Positions 8,897 through 21,235 of a DNA stretch of 64,000 nt are shown here, one piece after another. The notes under the pieces were generated by a model. It ran no database searches and had not been told where the DNA came from. It was given only the letters and a program-made list of their open reading frames with translations. Numbering within the stretch: the first letter of the stretch is position 1; every line of letters starts with the position of its first letter. Source of the stretch: Selaginella moellendorffii. Taxonomy: Eukaryota; Plantae; Lycopodiophyta. The stretch lies in NCBI RefSeq assembly GCF_000143415.4, contig NW_003314367.1:528857-592856 (forward strand), read 5' to 3'. Made by a program: the position numbers and the translations under genes.

Positions 8897-11672
8897 GAAT
8901 TAGTCAAACAAGTCATCAATGCAAGGCAAAGGATAACTGTTTTTAACCGTGATCTTGTTGAGTGCCCAATAGTCAATACACATCCTCATGGTTCCATCCT
9001 TTTTCATAACAAAAAGGACCGACACTCCATAAGGTGACTTGCTTGGTTGGATATGACTTTTATGAAGAAGCTCCATGAGTTGTTTCTTGAGTTCAGCCAT
9101 CTCCTTGATGTTTAATTGATATGGAGCTTTCGTAGGTGGTTTAGAACCCAAAATAACCTCAATCTGATGATCAACCTTACTGCTAGGAGGTAGCCTTGGT
9201 AGTAAATCCTTTGGAAAGATCTTGATTCCTTGCCAACAACTCCAATATCTTCGTTGGTACAGCATTAACACCGTCACCGATTCGAACTAAGTCACCAACA
9301 CCCTCAACTTCTATCACTTGAACCCAAAAGGTCTGACATCCCCTCTTAGCTGCTTTTTGAGTGGCCCTCGTAGTCAGGAACTTTGCATCCCAATCCTTTG
9401 AGGAACGCTTTTGCAATTGGAAGGACACATTGGGACATCCTTCTGACTTCAACGTGATACGACTTTGTCCCGCACCATAAATCCCTTTTATGTATTTATT
9501 GAAGAAGTCCATACCAAACACCATCTGAAAATCTAGTATCTTCAACACTACCAAGTCCACTCTTTCTTTCCACTTGGATATCTTTATTGGAACATCACTC
9601 ACAAATTTTCTGGCTACTTGCCCACCTTTCGTAAACCGGAAGTGCATAGGTGACATTTGCTCAGCATTCAATCCTAACAGCTTAACTAAGTCTTCGGATA
9701 TCACGCTGTGCGTTGCCCCTGTGTCAATCATAACTCGAATTTAGCATCCACAGACAAAGCCTATCACATACATCAACAGATCAATGTTTGCATTGACTGC
9801 GAGAAAACGTTGAGGAAAGCAATGAAAGTAACTCACCTCCTCTTCCTCATAGTCTGCATTGACCAACTCGTCAACCCCTTGAGCTTCACCACCACCGTCT
9901 TCCCTAATGATATTAACACAAGACCTTGTCTTATACTTGTTGGGACATTCCGAGGATTTATGTCCTGACTCTCCACAATGGAAGCAATGACCCACACTAC
10001 CCGTTCCGCTAGGAGCAGGTTTCACAGGTTGCTGCTACTTGTACCCACCAAGAGGAGGAACAGAGGGCCTTGGACCAAAAGAAGCTGCTGGTGATCTCCA
10101 ACCACCACCACCACCTTTGTTAACCGTTGCTTGTGAGCCTCCAGAGTGGAACTTGTCTTCCATCCTCTATTTCTGATCACCTTGTTTATTCCCAGAATTC
10201 TTATTCTTGTCCGAGGTACCAACATACGACTGCTAATACTGTTCTATGAGTGAGTGACTAAATGCAACTTGCTGTGCTGCCTCCTTACACTCCAGGTGCA
10301 TCTTTGGTTTAAACTTCAAAATCTCATTGCGAGAAAGTGACCTTAAGCCCTCCAGGAAATAACTTCGAGCATCTTCATCACTCATATTTGCAATGATAAT
10401 GCACTTTTGAGCAAATGCATTAACGTAATGCATGAGGTCCCCTCATTGCTTTAACCGCCGCAGCTCTACACGAAGTCTCAAACCAAGATCATTCAGCAAG
10501 CATTCCGTACAGATACAAGACCGCATCTTGGTCCAACTTCTAGTCTGCCTTTTTTCAGCACACACTTGGCGCCACCAAGTTTTGGCATGATCGGTGAGAA
10601 AGGATTGCATGTATGCAACTTTCATACGATCATCTATATCTGCTGCTATGAAATAGTTTTCAATATCATAAACCCAGTCTTCCAAAACTTGATAGTCCTG
10701 CATGCCTTTGAAATTGGGTGGTTTCGGAGGCTTGAACTTTGAAACTTGTGCAATTGGGGGTGGTTGCAGAACTTCATTGTCTTCAGAACTTGAAGAGGAT
10801 TCTGGTTGCTTAGGTTTATCTGGTTTAGCTGCCTTAGCTTCTTCCCTCCTCTTCTTGTTCTCCTTCTTCAATTTGCAAATCTCCCTTCGCAAATTCTCGA
10901 TCTCGACTTCATGAGTTGTACGCTGTAGTGCCACAGCATTTGGCTCTTCCTCTTTTGACTCAGCCTCTACCTCTTTTGCAGCATCTCTAGCAGGAGTTTC
11001 CTCCTCTCAATTCGCCCCTCTAGAGGTTTTAGCATCATCAACATGGTTCCGTTTCACCATCTTGCTAGCTACCTGCATGCCTCTATCAGTAACTGAACAT
11101 GCATACAACGTTCTTACCGAATGGTGCAATCCAACTAATCCCACACAGGTCACTTCGGATCTACTGACAGAGTCTGGCACAATTTCGGCATAACGGTGGC
11201 CTAACGTGGGGAGGAGGGTACCCCACTGACTAGAGCAGTGTGGAGCTTAGGCTTAGACCCAAGCCGGAAGCAAAAAAAGGAGCAATACAGCCTAGCGGGA
11301 GCCAAACTAATGTCTTAGGTGGTTGGACATGCATTCCAACCACTATCTCTAATTTACATTTGGAACCCCCCATAGCCCCCCCCCCCCCCTCCGCCCACCC
11401 CCCCTTTGAGGAACACATGCTTTAGGCTTTCACCCCAAGTCTCCATTAGTACCAGTAGTTAATCTCTGGGACAAGCTCGAAATTTACTAAATATAGAATT
11501 TCCTTAGATTGTGAATTTGAACAGGGGACGAACACCATTGTGTTCAAGTTGATCTCTACATTCCGTAGATATGCCAAATAAGGAAATCTAGACACTTTCC
11601 ATAAATAGTATTTGGGACTAAAATGAGACTAACACAAAGGGCATGATAACGAGGGTGTTTGGTAGACATGGT
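8897..11672 (-). mobile_element. Ty3/gypsy family C, truncated (partial LTR, gag, zinc knuckle, protease, start of RT)
   Basis: Gag LEDWVYDIENYF..AKTWW, knuckle CFHCGESGHKSSEC, protease IDTGATHS, RT start [24 protein letters not shown]. Stops and frameshifts present. Partial LTR at 11165-11672. Confidence 0.9.
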
Positions 11673-13022
11673 CTGTGCCAATTGTCCTTCTAGAACGTCC
11701 AATCGAGCCTTGGACGACCGAACCTCACCACTAGACTCCTATTTGGAAGTTTCCACATTGCAATCCTCCTAATGCAAGGATTCGTCATCCATAGCCTCTT
11801 GTTTAACTGGAGGCTGCAACTCTAAAGGAGATTCTGTCTTCGACTTGGTTCGTTTACGCCCTACCTTTGCCATCTCCCAGCAATCCGCCTCAATCCTTTG
11901 CTAGAACTGAGGGAAAGGCTCTGATACCAAATCGTAAGCTCCTAAGTTTGGACTTCCCAGAAGGTCACCCAACCCAATACTATTCAAACCCAAGGATGCT
12001 TAACCCTAAATATCCCAAGACCCTTAACCAATTGGAAAAGAGGGTGCACTTTTTATTCATGGGCCTCAATCCCTTGCTAGTACTGAGGAAAAGGCTCTGA
12101 TACCAAATTGTAAGCCACAAATTTTTCCTTTCCAATTTGCTAGCTTACCTCGTCTATCCGACCAACACCGTTTTGGCCTTTGCTAAGTTCCCTCGCTAAG
12201 GTTTCTGCCTATTATACCAGCTCTTACTTGGTCCTACTTGGTTTTAACTATTCATTGCACGAGCAATGGAGCATTAGCCATCCATCCACGAATTCCCAAA
12301 TCTCTCCCAATCCCCCTCCTCAGGTTAGACTGGATTTAAGGTTTGGCTACACTCCCCGCAGGCACAAGCAGCCAAGTACACCAAGCCTCCAGATTCCTAA
12401 CATCCCTTGGTACAACAAAGCTTGATCATGGGAATCTTTAAATCCCAAACCTTGGGTGCAACACTTGTTTAAGGATGCCGAGGGAAACACCATAGCCTAA
12501 CGGCCCGGTATGGGTACTTCTACCCCCCCACTTCCCAATCTCCTAGGAGGGGCGAGGACCAATGAGCTGCAAGGTACTCAAGTGGGGCACCACTCCACAT
12601 GAGCCAGGAGCACTAGAGTTGGTTTCCATTCCGGGAGTGGGAGTTGCTCTTGAGCACTTATTTAGGTGGCCCCTCCAGCACCACCCAAGTCTATGCTCAC
12701 TCCCACCCAAGGCCCCTCGGCCCCAGTCTCAACCTCAAGTCAATTTGGAAGCACCACTTGAGAGTTCCTTCAAGACTGGTTCCTAGACCTCACTATCCCT
12801 ACTATACTTCTCGGACCCGATCTTTGATCTCGGACTCTATCTCGAACTTGGTCTCGAACTTGGTCTCAGAGTCGGCCTCGGACTTGATCCCGGACTCTAT
12901 CTCAAACTCGGTCTCAGAGTTGGTCTTGGACTCGATCTCAAACTCGGTCCCATCCGATCATTTCAGCTGTGCTTTTGGGGATCCTTTTAGCCTACAACAC
13001 CTCGGGGAGTTGGTTCCTTACA
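11673..13022 (-). mobile_element. Gypsy family A 5' fragment: LTR 12109-13022, tRNA-iMet PBS, leader, gag start
   Basis: TGTAAG...CCTTACA termini. GCTCTGATACCA (reverse complement of TGGTATCAGAGC) at 12094-12105 and again at 11918-11929. Confidence 0.85.
11933..12066 (-). mobile_element. Cassandra-type LTR fragment with 5S rRNA-derived core
   Basis: Reverse complement of 11950-12005, GGTTAAGCATCCTTGGGTTTGAATAGTATTGGGTTGGGTGACCTTCTGGGAAGTCC, matches the plant 5S internal promoter region (AGTTAAGCGTGCTTGGGCGAGAGTAGTACTAGGATGGGTGACCTCCTGGGAAGTCC). Confidence 0.85.
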
Positions 13023-15847
13023 TTTAGTCTCTCAATATCATTACATAGTAACATATTGTGTCCACTAGACACCCTCACTATCATGCTCTTGGTGTTAGTC
13101 TCATTCTATTATATTGGCTAATTATGGAAAGTGTCTAGATTTGTTAATTTGGCATATCTACAGAATGTAGAGATTAGCCTGAACACAATAGTGTTTATCC
13201 CGTATCCAAATTCGCAATTGTAAAACCATTCCATATTTAGTAAGTTTTGAGTTAGTCCCAGAGACTGACTTCTGGTACTAAGGGAGGCCGGGGGTGAAAG
13301 CCTAAAGCATGTGTTCCTCGTGGGGGGGGGGGGGGATATGGGGGGTTCCAAATGTATAGTAGGGATAGTGGTTGGAATGGATATCTAACCACACAAAATA
13401 TTAAATTGGCTTCCACTAGGTTGGGTTGCTCCTTGTTCTATATCCATGTGTAAGCGACTAATTTTTTCATTCTACTTTAGTCACTTAACCGCACCTTCGA
13501 CCACTTGGAGGAGTCTCATTCACAACCTCCATAAGTCCCACTTAGGACTTGGGGCTTGCTACCCCCAAGAATGGCATCCATGCCACTCAACGTTTGCACT
13601 TGGTCCAAGTGCTCCACATGTCCGGTCCCATGACCGACACCCCAAGGCACCACCAACATACCAGCCCGTTACGCTAGGCCATGCCCAATCACCTTGGTCA
13701 CATCGGTGGTCTAACACCACCTGCATTGCAATCCCGTCTCTCCAAGATTGGGCCATCCGTCCACGAGTGGTCATCCCAGATCCACTCCTTAGCATCCTTA
13801 GGATGCCTGCAGACATGGGGAATAACCTTCCCCAATATCTCCTTTATGGTCCCCACCAAGTCCCTTTCTGTCCTTGGCCGTGTTCGCCAACACTGCCATT
13901 GGATCAAGGCCCACAGGCCAGACCACTAAGTCCCACAGTCTTCTAGGACTTCTTCACCACATGACTATATCCTTGGTCACTACACCAGAGGACTAATCCT
14001 CTTCCTTTCCACAGTCTGGGCCTTTGGGACAACATTTCAAAACACCGTGGCCTTATGCAAGCCTCGTGGGTACTCTCCCCACCTTCCCCCTTTGGGTGCT
14101 CTAGCCATGGGCTTAGAGCGAGGTTCCGTTGAGCCACGCTTGGTATCCAAGTAGGTAGTGCCACCCACACTTGGATTGGGAGCATTGGCCAGTCGATCTC
14201 CCAGGGGAACTAAAGCCGGCTCTTGAACACTTCACCAAGCTACCTCACTTGTCAGTCTGTGTTCACTCTAGTCTTGGACTTCCCAGTGGGCAACTCATCA
14301 CCCAACACTGGGTACAGCCTTCCTGAGCCAAACTGGCCTTTCCTGGCCAAACTGGCCTTTCCTGGCCAAACTGGCTCCACTGTAGTCCTCCCCCTTACTA
14401 TACTTTTGGAGCTCACCAAACCCCCAGGGTCTGGGAGACGAACGCTTTGGGCTTTCACCCTCTCAGACTCAAACTCGGACTCGGACTTGGACTCGGACTC
14501 GGCCTTGGACTCAGACTCGAACTCCGACTCGAACTCGAGCTCGGTCTCGGCCTCGGCCTCAGTCTCTGTCTCGGTCCCAACCTCGGTCTCAATCTCGATC
14601 TCAGTCTCAGTCTCGGTCCCGATCTTGGTCTCGGTCTCGGTCCCGGTCTCGGTCCCGATCTCAGTCTTGGTCCCGGTCCCGGTCTCGACCTTGGACTCCA
14701 TCTCAGGTCCTTCTCGGACTCCACCTCGGATTCCATCTCGGGTCCATCTTGGACTCCATCTCGAACTCTGTCTCGGTCCATCTCAGACTCAATCTCGGAC
14801 TCCATCTCGGGTCCATCTCGGACTCCATCTCGGGTCCATCTTGGACTCCATCTCGGGTCCATCTCAAACTCCATCTCGAACTCAACCTCGGACTCCATCT
14901 TAGGTCCATGTCGGACTCCATCTCGGGTCCATCTCGGACTCCATCTTGGATCCATCTCGGACTTCATCTTGGACTTCCTCTCAGTCCATCTCAGACTCAA
15001 TCTTGGACTCCATCTCGGATTCATCCACGTGTCACGTGTTGGTCTTTTTGGGTCCCTTGTTGGAGCCCCGCTTATTGCTCGCTTCGTACTCGTTCCTCGA
15101 GCCCTTCGCTGGGAGTTCCACTCCCGCTCTTGACCTTTCAAGTCGGAGCTTTCGGTCCAAACGTGTTACACTCATTTGGCTTTCGCTTCAACCACTACCA
15201 CGTGGCACCCTTCCGGCTCCACTTTGGGGCCTAGGGATTTTTTGTCTCACACCATGTTGGCTCTAAACCCAAGCTCCATATTGCTCTAATCAATGGGATA
15301 CCCTCCTCCTCACGTTAGGCCACTGGTATGCCAAAATTGTGCCAGACACCGTCTGACACTATTTTGCATGTAGGTGTTGGATATGAGGAGTTGGTGCTCA
15401 TGGGATTGTGCCGGACCCTCTTTTCTTAGCACAACAAGCTTGGAGGTTTGTGCAAATTTAGATGTGCTACATTTGGTATTAGAGGAATTGTCTCAACAAT
15501 TCCTGTCCAACTTTTGTCTGATTTTCTAATTCAAGTTGGATACGCAGAGACTTTTCTAGTAGATCTGAAGCGACCTGTATAAAATTAGTTAGATTGCACT
15601 ATTTGGGACTATTAGGTGTTGGAAGATTGGGTCTATAATATGGAAAACTATTTTATAGTAGCAAATGTAGATGAGAGGTAGACGCAATCCTTTCTCACCA
15701 ATCATGCCAAAACTTGGTGGTGCTATATGTGTGCTAAAAAACTTAAAGTTGGACCAAAATGTGGTCTTGTATCCATAAAGAATACTTGCTAGATGATTTT
15801 GTCTAAGACTTCACTTGGAGTTGTGGCAGTTAAAGCAGTGAGGGGAC
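13023..15847 (+). mobile_element. Gypsy family C fragment (LTR ending ~15471, degenerate PBS, gag remnant), split by a solo LTR
   Basis: 13050-13440 and 15257-15355 are the reverse complement of 11165-11670. ..GCTACA is followed by TTTGGTATTAGAG. LEDWVYNMENYF/AKTWW at ~15620-15720. Confidence 0.8.
13449..15251 (-). mobile_element. Solo LTR, family B
   Basis: TGTAAGCG...TCTCACA termini with perfect 5-bp TSD CCATG (13444-13448, 15252-15256). Internal 6/12-bp minisatellite. Confidence 0.92.
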
Positions 15848-16475
15848 TATAAGCTCCTGAATTTAAACTTCTCAGTAGGTCACCCAACCTAGTACTATTT
15901 AAACCTAAGGATACTTGACCCCAAATATCCCAGACTCTTAATTGATTGGAAAAGAGGGTGTATTTTTATTCATGGGCCCTTTCCCTTTATATTTGAACCC
16001 CATGAATGATCTCTCAATTCATTCCCTTTGGTTGCTTATAATCCACCATGCTTGCCTACAAGTTGATGCCCTTGTGAATGGAAGTTGAGAGCTGCAACTT
16101 TCCCAAGAGCCCCACTCTCTTGACATGCTACCCCTTGGGAGGAGCCTAGCTAAAGCAAATTGGACCTGCCAAATGTCAATCAACATGTGGTGCAATTCTT
16201 TTAACCAACCAATAGAGTCAAACTTGAGATCCCTTTTTATACCAAATGTAACCTCCTAAATTTGGACTTCCCAAGAGGTCACCCAACTCAGTATTATTTA
16301 AACCAAAGGACACTTAATCCTAAGTATCCCAAGACCTTTAACCAATTGGAAAAGGGGGTGCACTTTTGTTCATAAGCCCTTTCCCTCTTTTCTGAACCCC
16401 ATGAATCATGTCTCGAGTCATTCCCTTTGATTGCTTACAATCCACCACACTTCCTTGCAAATTCATGCCCTCGTT
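15848..16475 (-). mobile_element. Cassandra-type TRIM (LTR 15848-16125, ~120-bp internal, second LTR 16247-16475 truncated)
   Basis: Two direct LTR copies, each with a 5S-like core. Degenerate PBS (ATACCAAA on +) at 16239-16246 and a PPT-like tract after 16125. Confidence 0.8.
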
Positions 16476-17065
16476 ATCACAAATGTGACTTCGGGTATCG
16501 AAAGTTACCTATCAGCTAGTCCTTTTAGATATTCTTTCCTCACTGCCACGATGGTAGAAGATTGGTATTGTTAGACCTTTTATTAGTCTCCGTCTAAGCT
16601 AGTTGAGAAATTGGTCTTCACATGTGCACTTGACCAAATGAGCATAAACAAGGAATTCCTAAGTGCTATTATTCAAGCATACTTGACCTGGTTAGAGAAA
16701 CTCATTTGTTGACTTGCACTTGCTAGTGTTAGGAACCCTCGCGTTATTGAGTTTGGTCCCTCAATATTCACTATATGATAGCTTACCGTGTTTACCAAAC
16801 ACCCTTGCTATCATGCCCTTTGTGTTAGTCTCATTTTGGTCCTAAATGCTATTTATGGAAAGTGTCTAGATTTGCTCATTTGGCATATCTAAAAAATATA
16901 GAGATTGATCTAAACATAATGGTGTTCATCCTCTGTCTAAATTTTCAATCTAGGGCCATCCCATATTCCGTAAGTTCCCACCTTGTCCAGCAGACTAACT
17001 CCTCCTACTAAGGGAGCCTTGGGGACAAGCCTACCACCATGTGTTCCTCAAGGCGGGGGGGGGGT

Positions 17066-17610
17066 TGTTAGGATCCTATCCCTTACACCCTAAGCCAACT
17101 GGCTAAAGGGGTAAGGGATAGGATCCTAACAATGGTATCGGAGCCCAGTTCAATTCTCGTGGCTGACGAGTGGGGCAGGAATATTCTGAAGGAATATTCA
17201 ACCATGGTGGATCTAGANNNNNNNNNNNNNNNNNNNNNNNNNNNNNNNNNNNNNNNNNNNNNNNNNNNNNNNNNNNNNNNNNNNNNNNNNNNNNNNNNNN
17301 NNNNNNNNNNNNNNNNNAGGGATAGGATCCCTTACACCCTAAGCCAACTGGCTAAAGGGGTGATCACTTGATTGCAGGGCCCTTTCCTTATCCTATTATC
17401 CTGACCTGATGCCTAACAATCCTCCCCCTCGTCAGGGAATGATCGTCCACGATCATACTTAGGCCATCCTCCGGTCACCATGGTCCTTCTCTTAGGGTCT
17501 ACCAAACCTTGGTTCTCCCTCTAGATCCACCATGTTGAATATTCCTTCAGAATATTCCTGCCCCACTCGTCAGCCACGAGAATCAAACTGGGCTCCGATA
17601 CCATTGTTAT
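17066..17610. mobile_element. TRIM-like family E flanking an assembly gap
   Basis: Right of the gap, on -: TAACA-ATGGTATCGGAGC PBS (~17592-17604), ~185-bp internal, PPT GAGGGGGAGGA, then LTR starting TGTTAGGC. The same LTR end and PBS appear on + at 17066-17217. Confidence 0.7.
17218..17317. other. Assembly gap (100 N)
   Basis: Run of n. Confidence 1.
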
Positions 17611-20600
17611 GATCCGGCGCAAAAAGACAAAGATCTAGTTGCCCTAGACTATGCTACACCACCTCTTGAGGTTCCTCACCACCCAACCACCCCTGAGCTA
17701 CCTCAAAAGCTCCACTGCACCGCCACTCCACTATGAGCTCTATTGTGGGGGGGGGGGGGGGAAAAGGGGGGCCATGGGGGGTTCCCAATGTATAGTAGGG
17801 ATAGTGGGTAGGTCTGCCATGGCCGACCAACTTTAGGCATAGTCTAGCTTTTGCTTGCGTGCCTGTCCTTGTTTAGTGTTTGGTTTGGGTCTAAGCCCAA
17901 GCTCCACACCATGCTAGTTGGTGGAGTACCCATATCCTCGCGTTATGCCACCGGTATACTGAAATAGTGTTAGACTCTGTTTAGCTCTATTTTGCTTGCT
18001 AGTCCTAGCATTGGGATGTTGGATACTCTATCAAACACGTAAATCATCTTCTCTTCTTGGAGAGATGATTCACAACGAGATGTGACTCATTGCTCGTGTT
18101 CACATTATGCATCAAGAATCCCTATCTTGGTGCATGTTGGAAATGATGGTCTTATGAATGGTAAGTTGTGGGATGGATAGAGGTGAAGCACTATACCATT
18201 TTTTCTAGGCTTGCTATTGAAAGACTTGGGTTATAATGCTGAATTCTTTTCTGGGGACCTTGCTATTGCTCCTTGAGTAGTTTGGTGTTGGATTAGTTTT
18301 GAGTTTTGTCAAATAGAGAGTGGCATGAGTTTGTTTGTGTTGTGAACAAAAAGTTAGTGGTGTTAGGTGTTGTAAATCTCTATATGGTGGAGTGTGGCAT
18401 TTATATTACATTTTGTCGAATTGAGTTGGCACTTGATAATCATATAGACCTTTGAAGTAATGACATGGGTGTTGCTTATGGTGTTTCTTAATTGATGATC
18501 AATTCATTGTGATACTTATATCCTATCCATGTGATAATGAGTAATGTGTTTATGAAGTTGCTTGGTTAAACGATGATCAACCCCAAAGTAGTTGATGGTG
18601 AAGCTAAGCTACTTGCACATAGTAGCATTGTAGTAGCTTTGATTGGGTTCTTAATAATGATCTGGAAAGGGTTATAGCATTCACATGCTATAGCTTTTCG
18701 GTTGATCTATTAGCACTTGGAGTAAATCCCATGATCAAGTCTTGTTGAACCAAGGGATGTTAAGAACCCACTTGTGTTAGTGGAAGTGGCATTGTTATTT
18801 TAAGTGATGAGGAATTTTCCTTATATCTTGATTTTCCATGTCATTTTTGTTGTTAATGTTTTAGCTTCACATTGGATCTTGAAAGTGATTGAAAAAGAGT
18901 GTTAATGCGATGTGGATATCCAAAGATATAGTTTTCATAATCAAGTCTTGGATAATCATTCTGCATCTTGCGGATGTTGGTGTTGGATATCGGAAATATG
19001 GGCATGATGTTTGAGGCTTAAGCATGCTATGGGTCTTGAGAATTTGTGTTGAGGTGAACTTATGTGAAGTTGTTATTAGGAGGAAGTTGGTTAAGTCTTG
19101 AAAGTTTGTATTTCTAAACTAAGAGTCATTCTTTCTTTAGCATAGAAAATTTTCCACAAAGTTTTTTTAGGCTTTTCCAATGGTTGATCTGTTTATCACT
19201 TTGCCCAAAAACCATTTTGTTTTCAAAAGCCAATATAAACTAGTAAAGGGGTTGGAGTTGTTTTCGGTTGGCTTAAACCTTCGTAGGTAGTTTGTATGAT
19301 GCGACCTGAAAGGGATGCTGACTTTTGGGGCTAATCCAATTAAGTTGGATAGAGTTTGGAATTGGTGTAGAAAAATGGTTATTGCACTTTTCTAGAAAGG
19401 TGACCTTCTTTTGTAGCATTATGCTTAGTGGCAGGTTGCACCTTGCATTTTATTAAACTCTATGAAAAGAGTAAGCTCTCATTGATCTTGATTTGGTCTT
19501 GGTAGCTTTGTGCCTTGGCTGAGGATAGTGATGTCCAACTTAGTTGTTTGAGGTTGAGATGTTGGTACCCGTATTATAGCTTTAACTATGAGGAGGCTAT
19601 GTACCAATATGAGTTCATTTTATAGTCTTCACTTTAGTTTTAACTAAGTGTTAATCATGCATAGCTAACCTCTTCAAGGCATGCTCAAAGCTATTGGCTA
19701 AATGCATTAGTGAACTTATTGCGGTTGAGTTAAATTTGAGTAGTCATTTAGTTCATGCTTGTTCATGAACCTTTATCTCATCCTTGGGGTATTATGTTCA
19801 TATTGGATAAGTATAAAACTCAATGATATGAGTTTAGTGTTTGGGTCTTGTGAAGGCAAGTTAAAGAGTGATTGTTAGTTGCTTTGCAACTAGTGATTGC
19901 TCATAGACTTTGTTGAGGACTATTTGACACTTGCTTCGCTCAATAATGATTTATCAATGATGGGCTTGCTTTACCGAATGGGATCGTGTTGTGGCTTGCA
20001 TGGTTTTTCCATGTTAGCATGTCAATTCTTTTGTCAATATTATTTGGTTATGTTTAGTCTGTGGTGTTGGATTTCATTGAGTCTTAGATGTGGTGAATCA
20101 CTCCTTGATGATGTGTTATTTGAAACTGAGTATTATTGGAGGATTAGTCTCGAATACTAAGTATAGTATCTTCCACTTCGGTTAACTTGGTTGTTGGAGA
20201 GCTTTGAGTGGTGATTCACTCGTGCTTTCTTTTAGCTTTGTTATGGTGTGAATAGAATTGAAGTGATGCTTTGTTATTGGTATTATTGATGTTGAGATGA
20301 GATGTCTCTCCGTAGGATTGATATTAATTTTTAGTAGTCTCGATGGAGATGGTGTTAATGATTTGGTTGTAGCTTTATGTTATTGACATATGTGCATTTG
20401 CTAGTTAAGTAACTGTATTGACGTTCGAACAAACTGAGTAGTAAGTTTGAATTAGTTATATTCTAGACGAGATTGTTTAGTAGGGGTTGAGTTTTGAGCT
20501 TTTCCTTGAAAAGTGATTTAGTCGTAGACGATACTAACTCTATGAAAGGAAGAGTTAATGATTGATATTGGAATGTTTGAGTCCTTATTGGATTTGAGTT

Positions 20601-21235
20601 AGGGATATCGATCATTAATAATTCTTCTTGTGCTTGTTATTAAATGTGTTACGTCTTGCTATAGATGGATTTATGGAGGATTGTTTAGTGATCACCTTTT
20701 GAGCATAGCTCCATTGTGTTTAGCTTTTGAATTAATGCAGATGTGCTCTTTATTAGTTTGGCATTATGAAGTTTAACTTATGGATGTGTTGAGGAGGATA
20801 TTATAGATTGTGCTATGATTTCTTTTTTAGCATTGAAGTTAGTTCATGCAAGACTGGTAATTATTGTTCAGAAAGACTTGGCTATAGACTTCTTCGAGTT
20901 TTTTGTTCCTTGAGTTTTCATATTCATTGTTCCATCTGTTAGGAGTTGTTGAGGAAGGCATTTTGGCTCATTAGTGAAGTTAGTATTTATATTTGGCAAT
21001 TCTTGGTGATGACTGATTATCATCTTGAGATAATTGATTATCCTTGTCAAAGATTTTGCTTGATTATTATTGATATTGAATGATTTTCCATTCTTTGGGA
21101 TGGTGGATTTTCTTCAACGATGATTATGCATCTCTTTATTGATGGAATGATTGATGATCTTTCATGATGGTGAGTTATTCTCTTTGATGGCTTATAGTTT
21201 TTCACAATACCACATGTTCTTTGTGGTTTGTTTTG

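Noticed and set aside
11950-12005. 5S rRNA gene
   Set aside because: Only the internal ~55 nt match, and it is embedded in a TRIM LTR.
14223-15266. Long overlapping ORFs rich in SDSIS/GLHL/RTPS (also at 23.7, 26.3, 29.7, 34.6, 38.3, 46.0, 49.5 and 53.3 kb)
   Set aside because: They are translations of the stop-poor LTR minisatellite.
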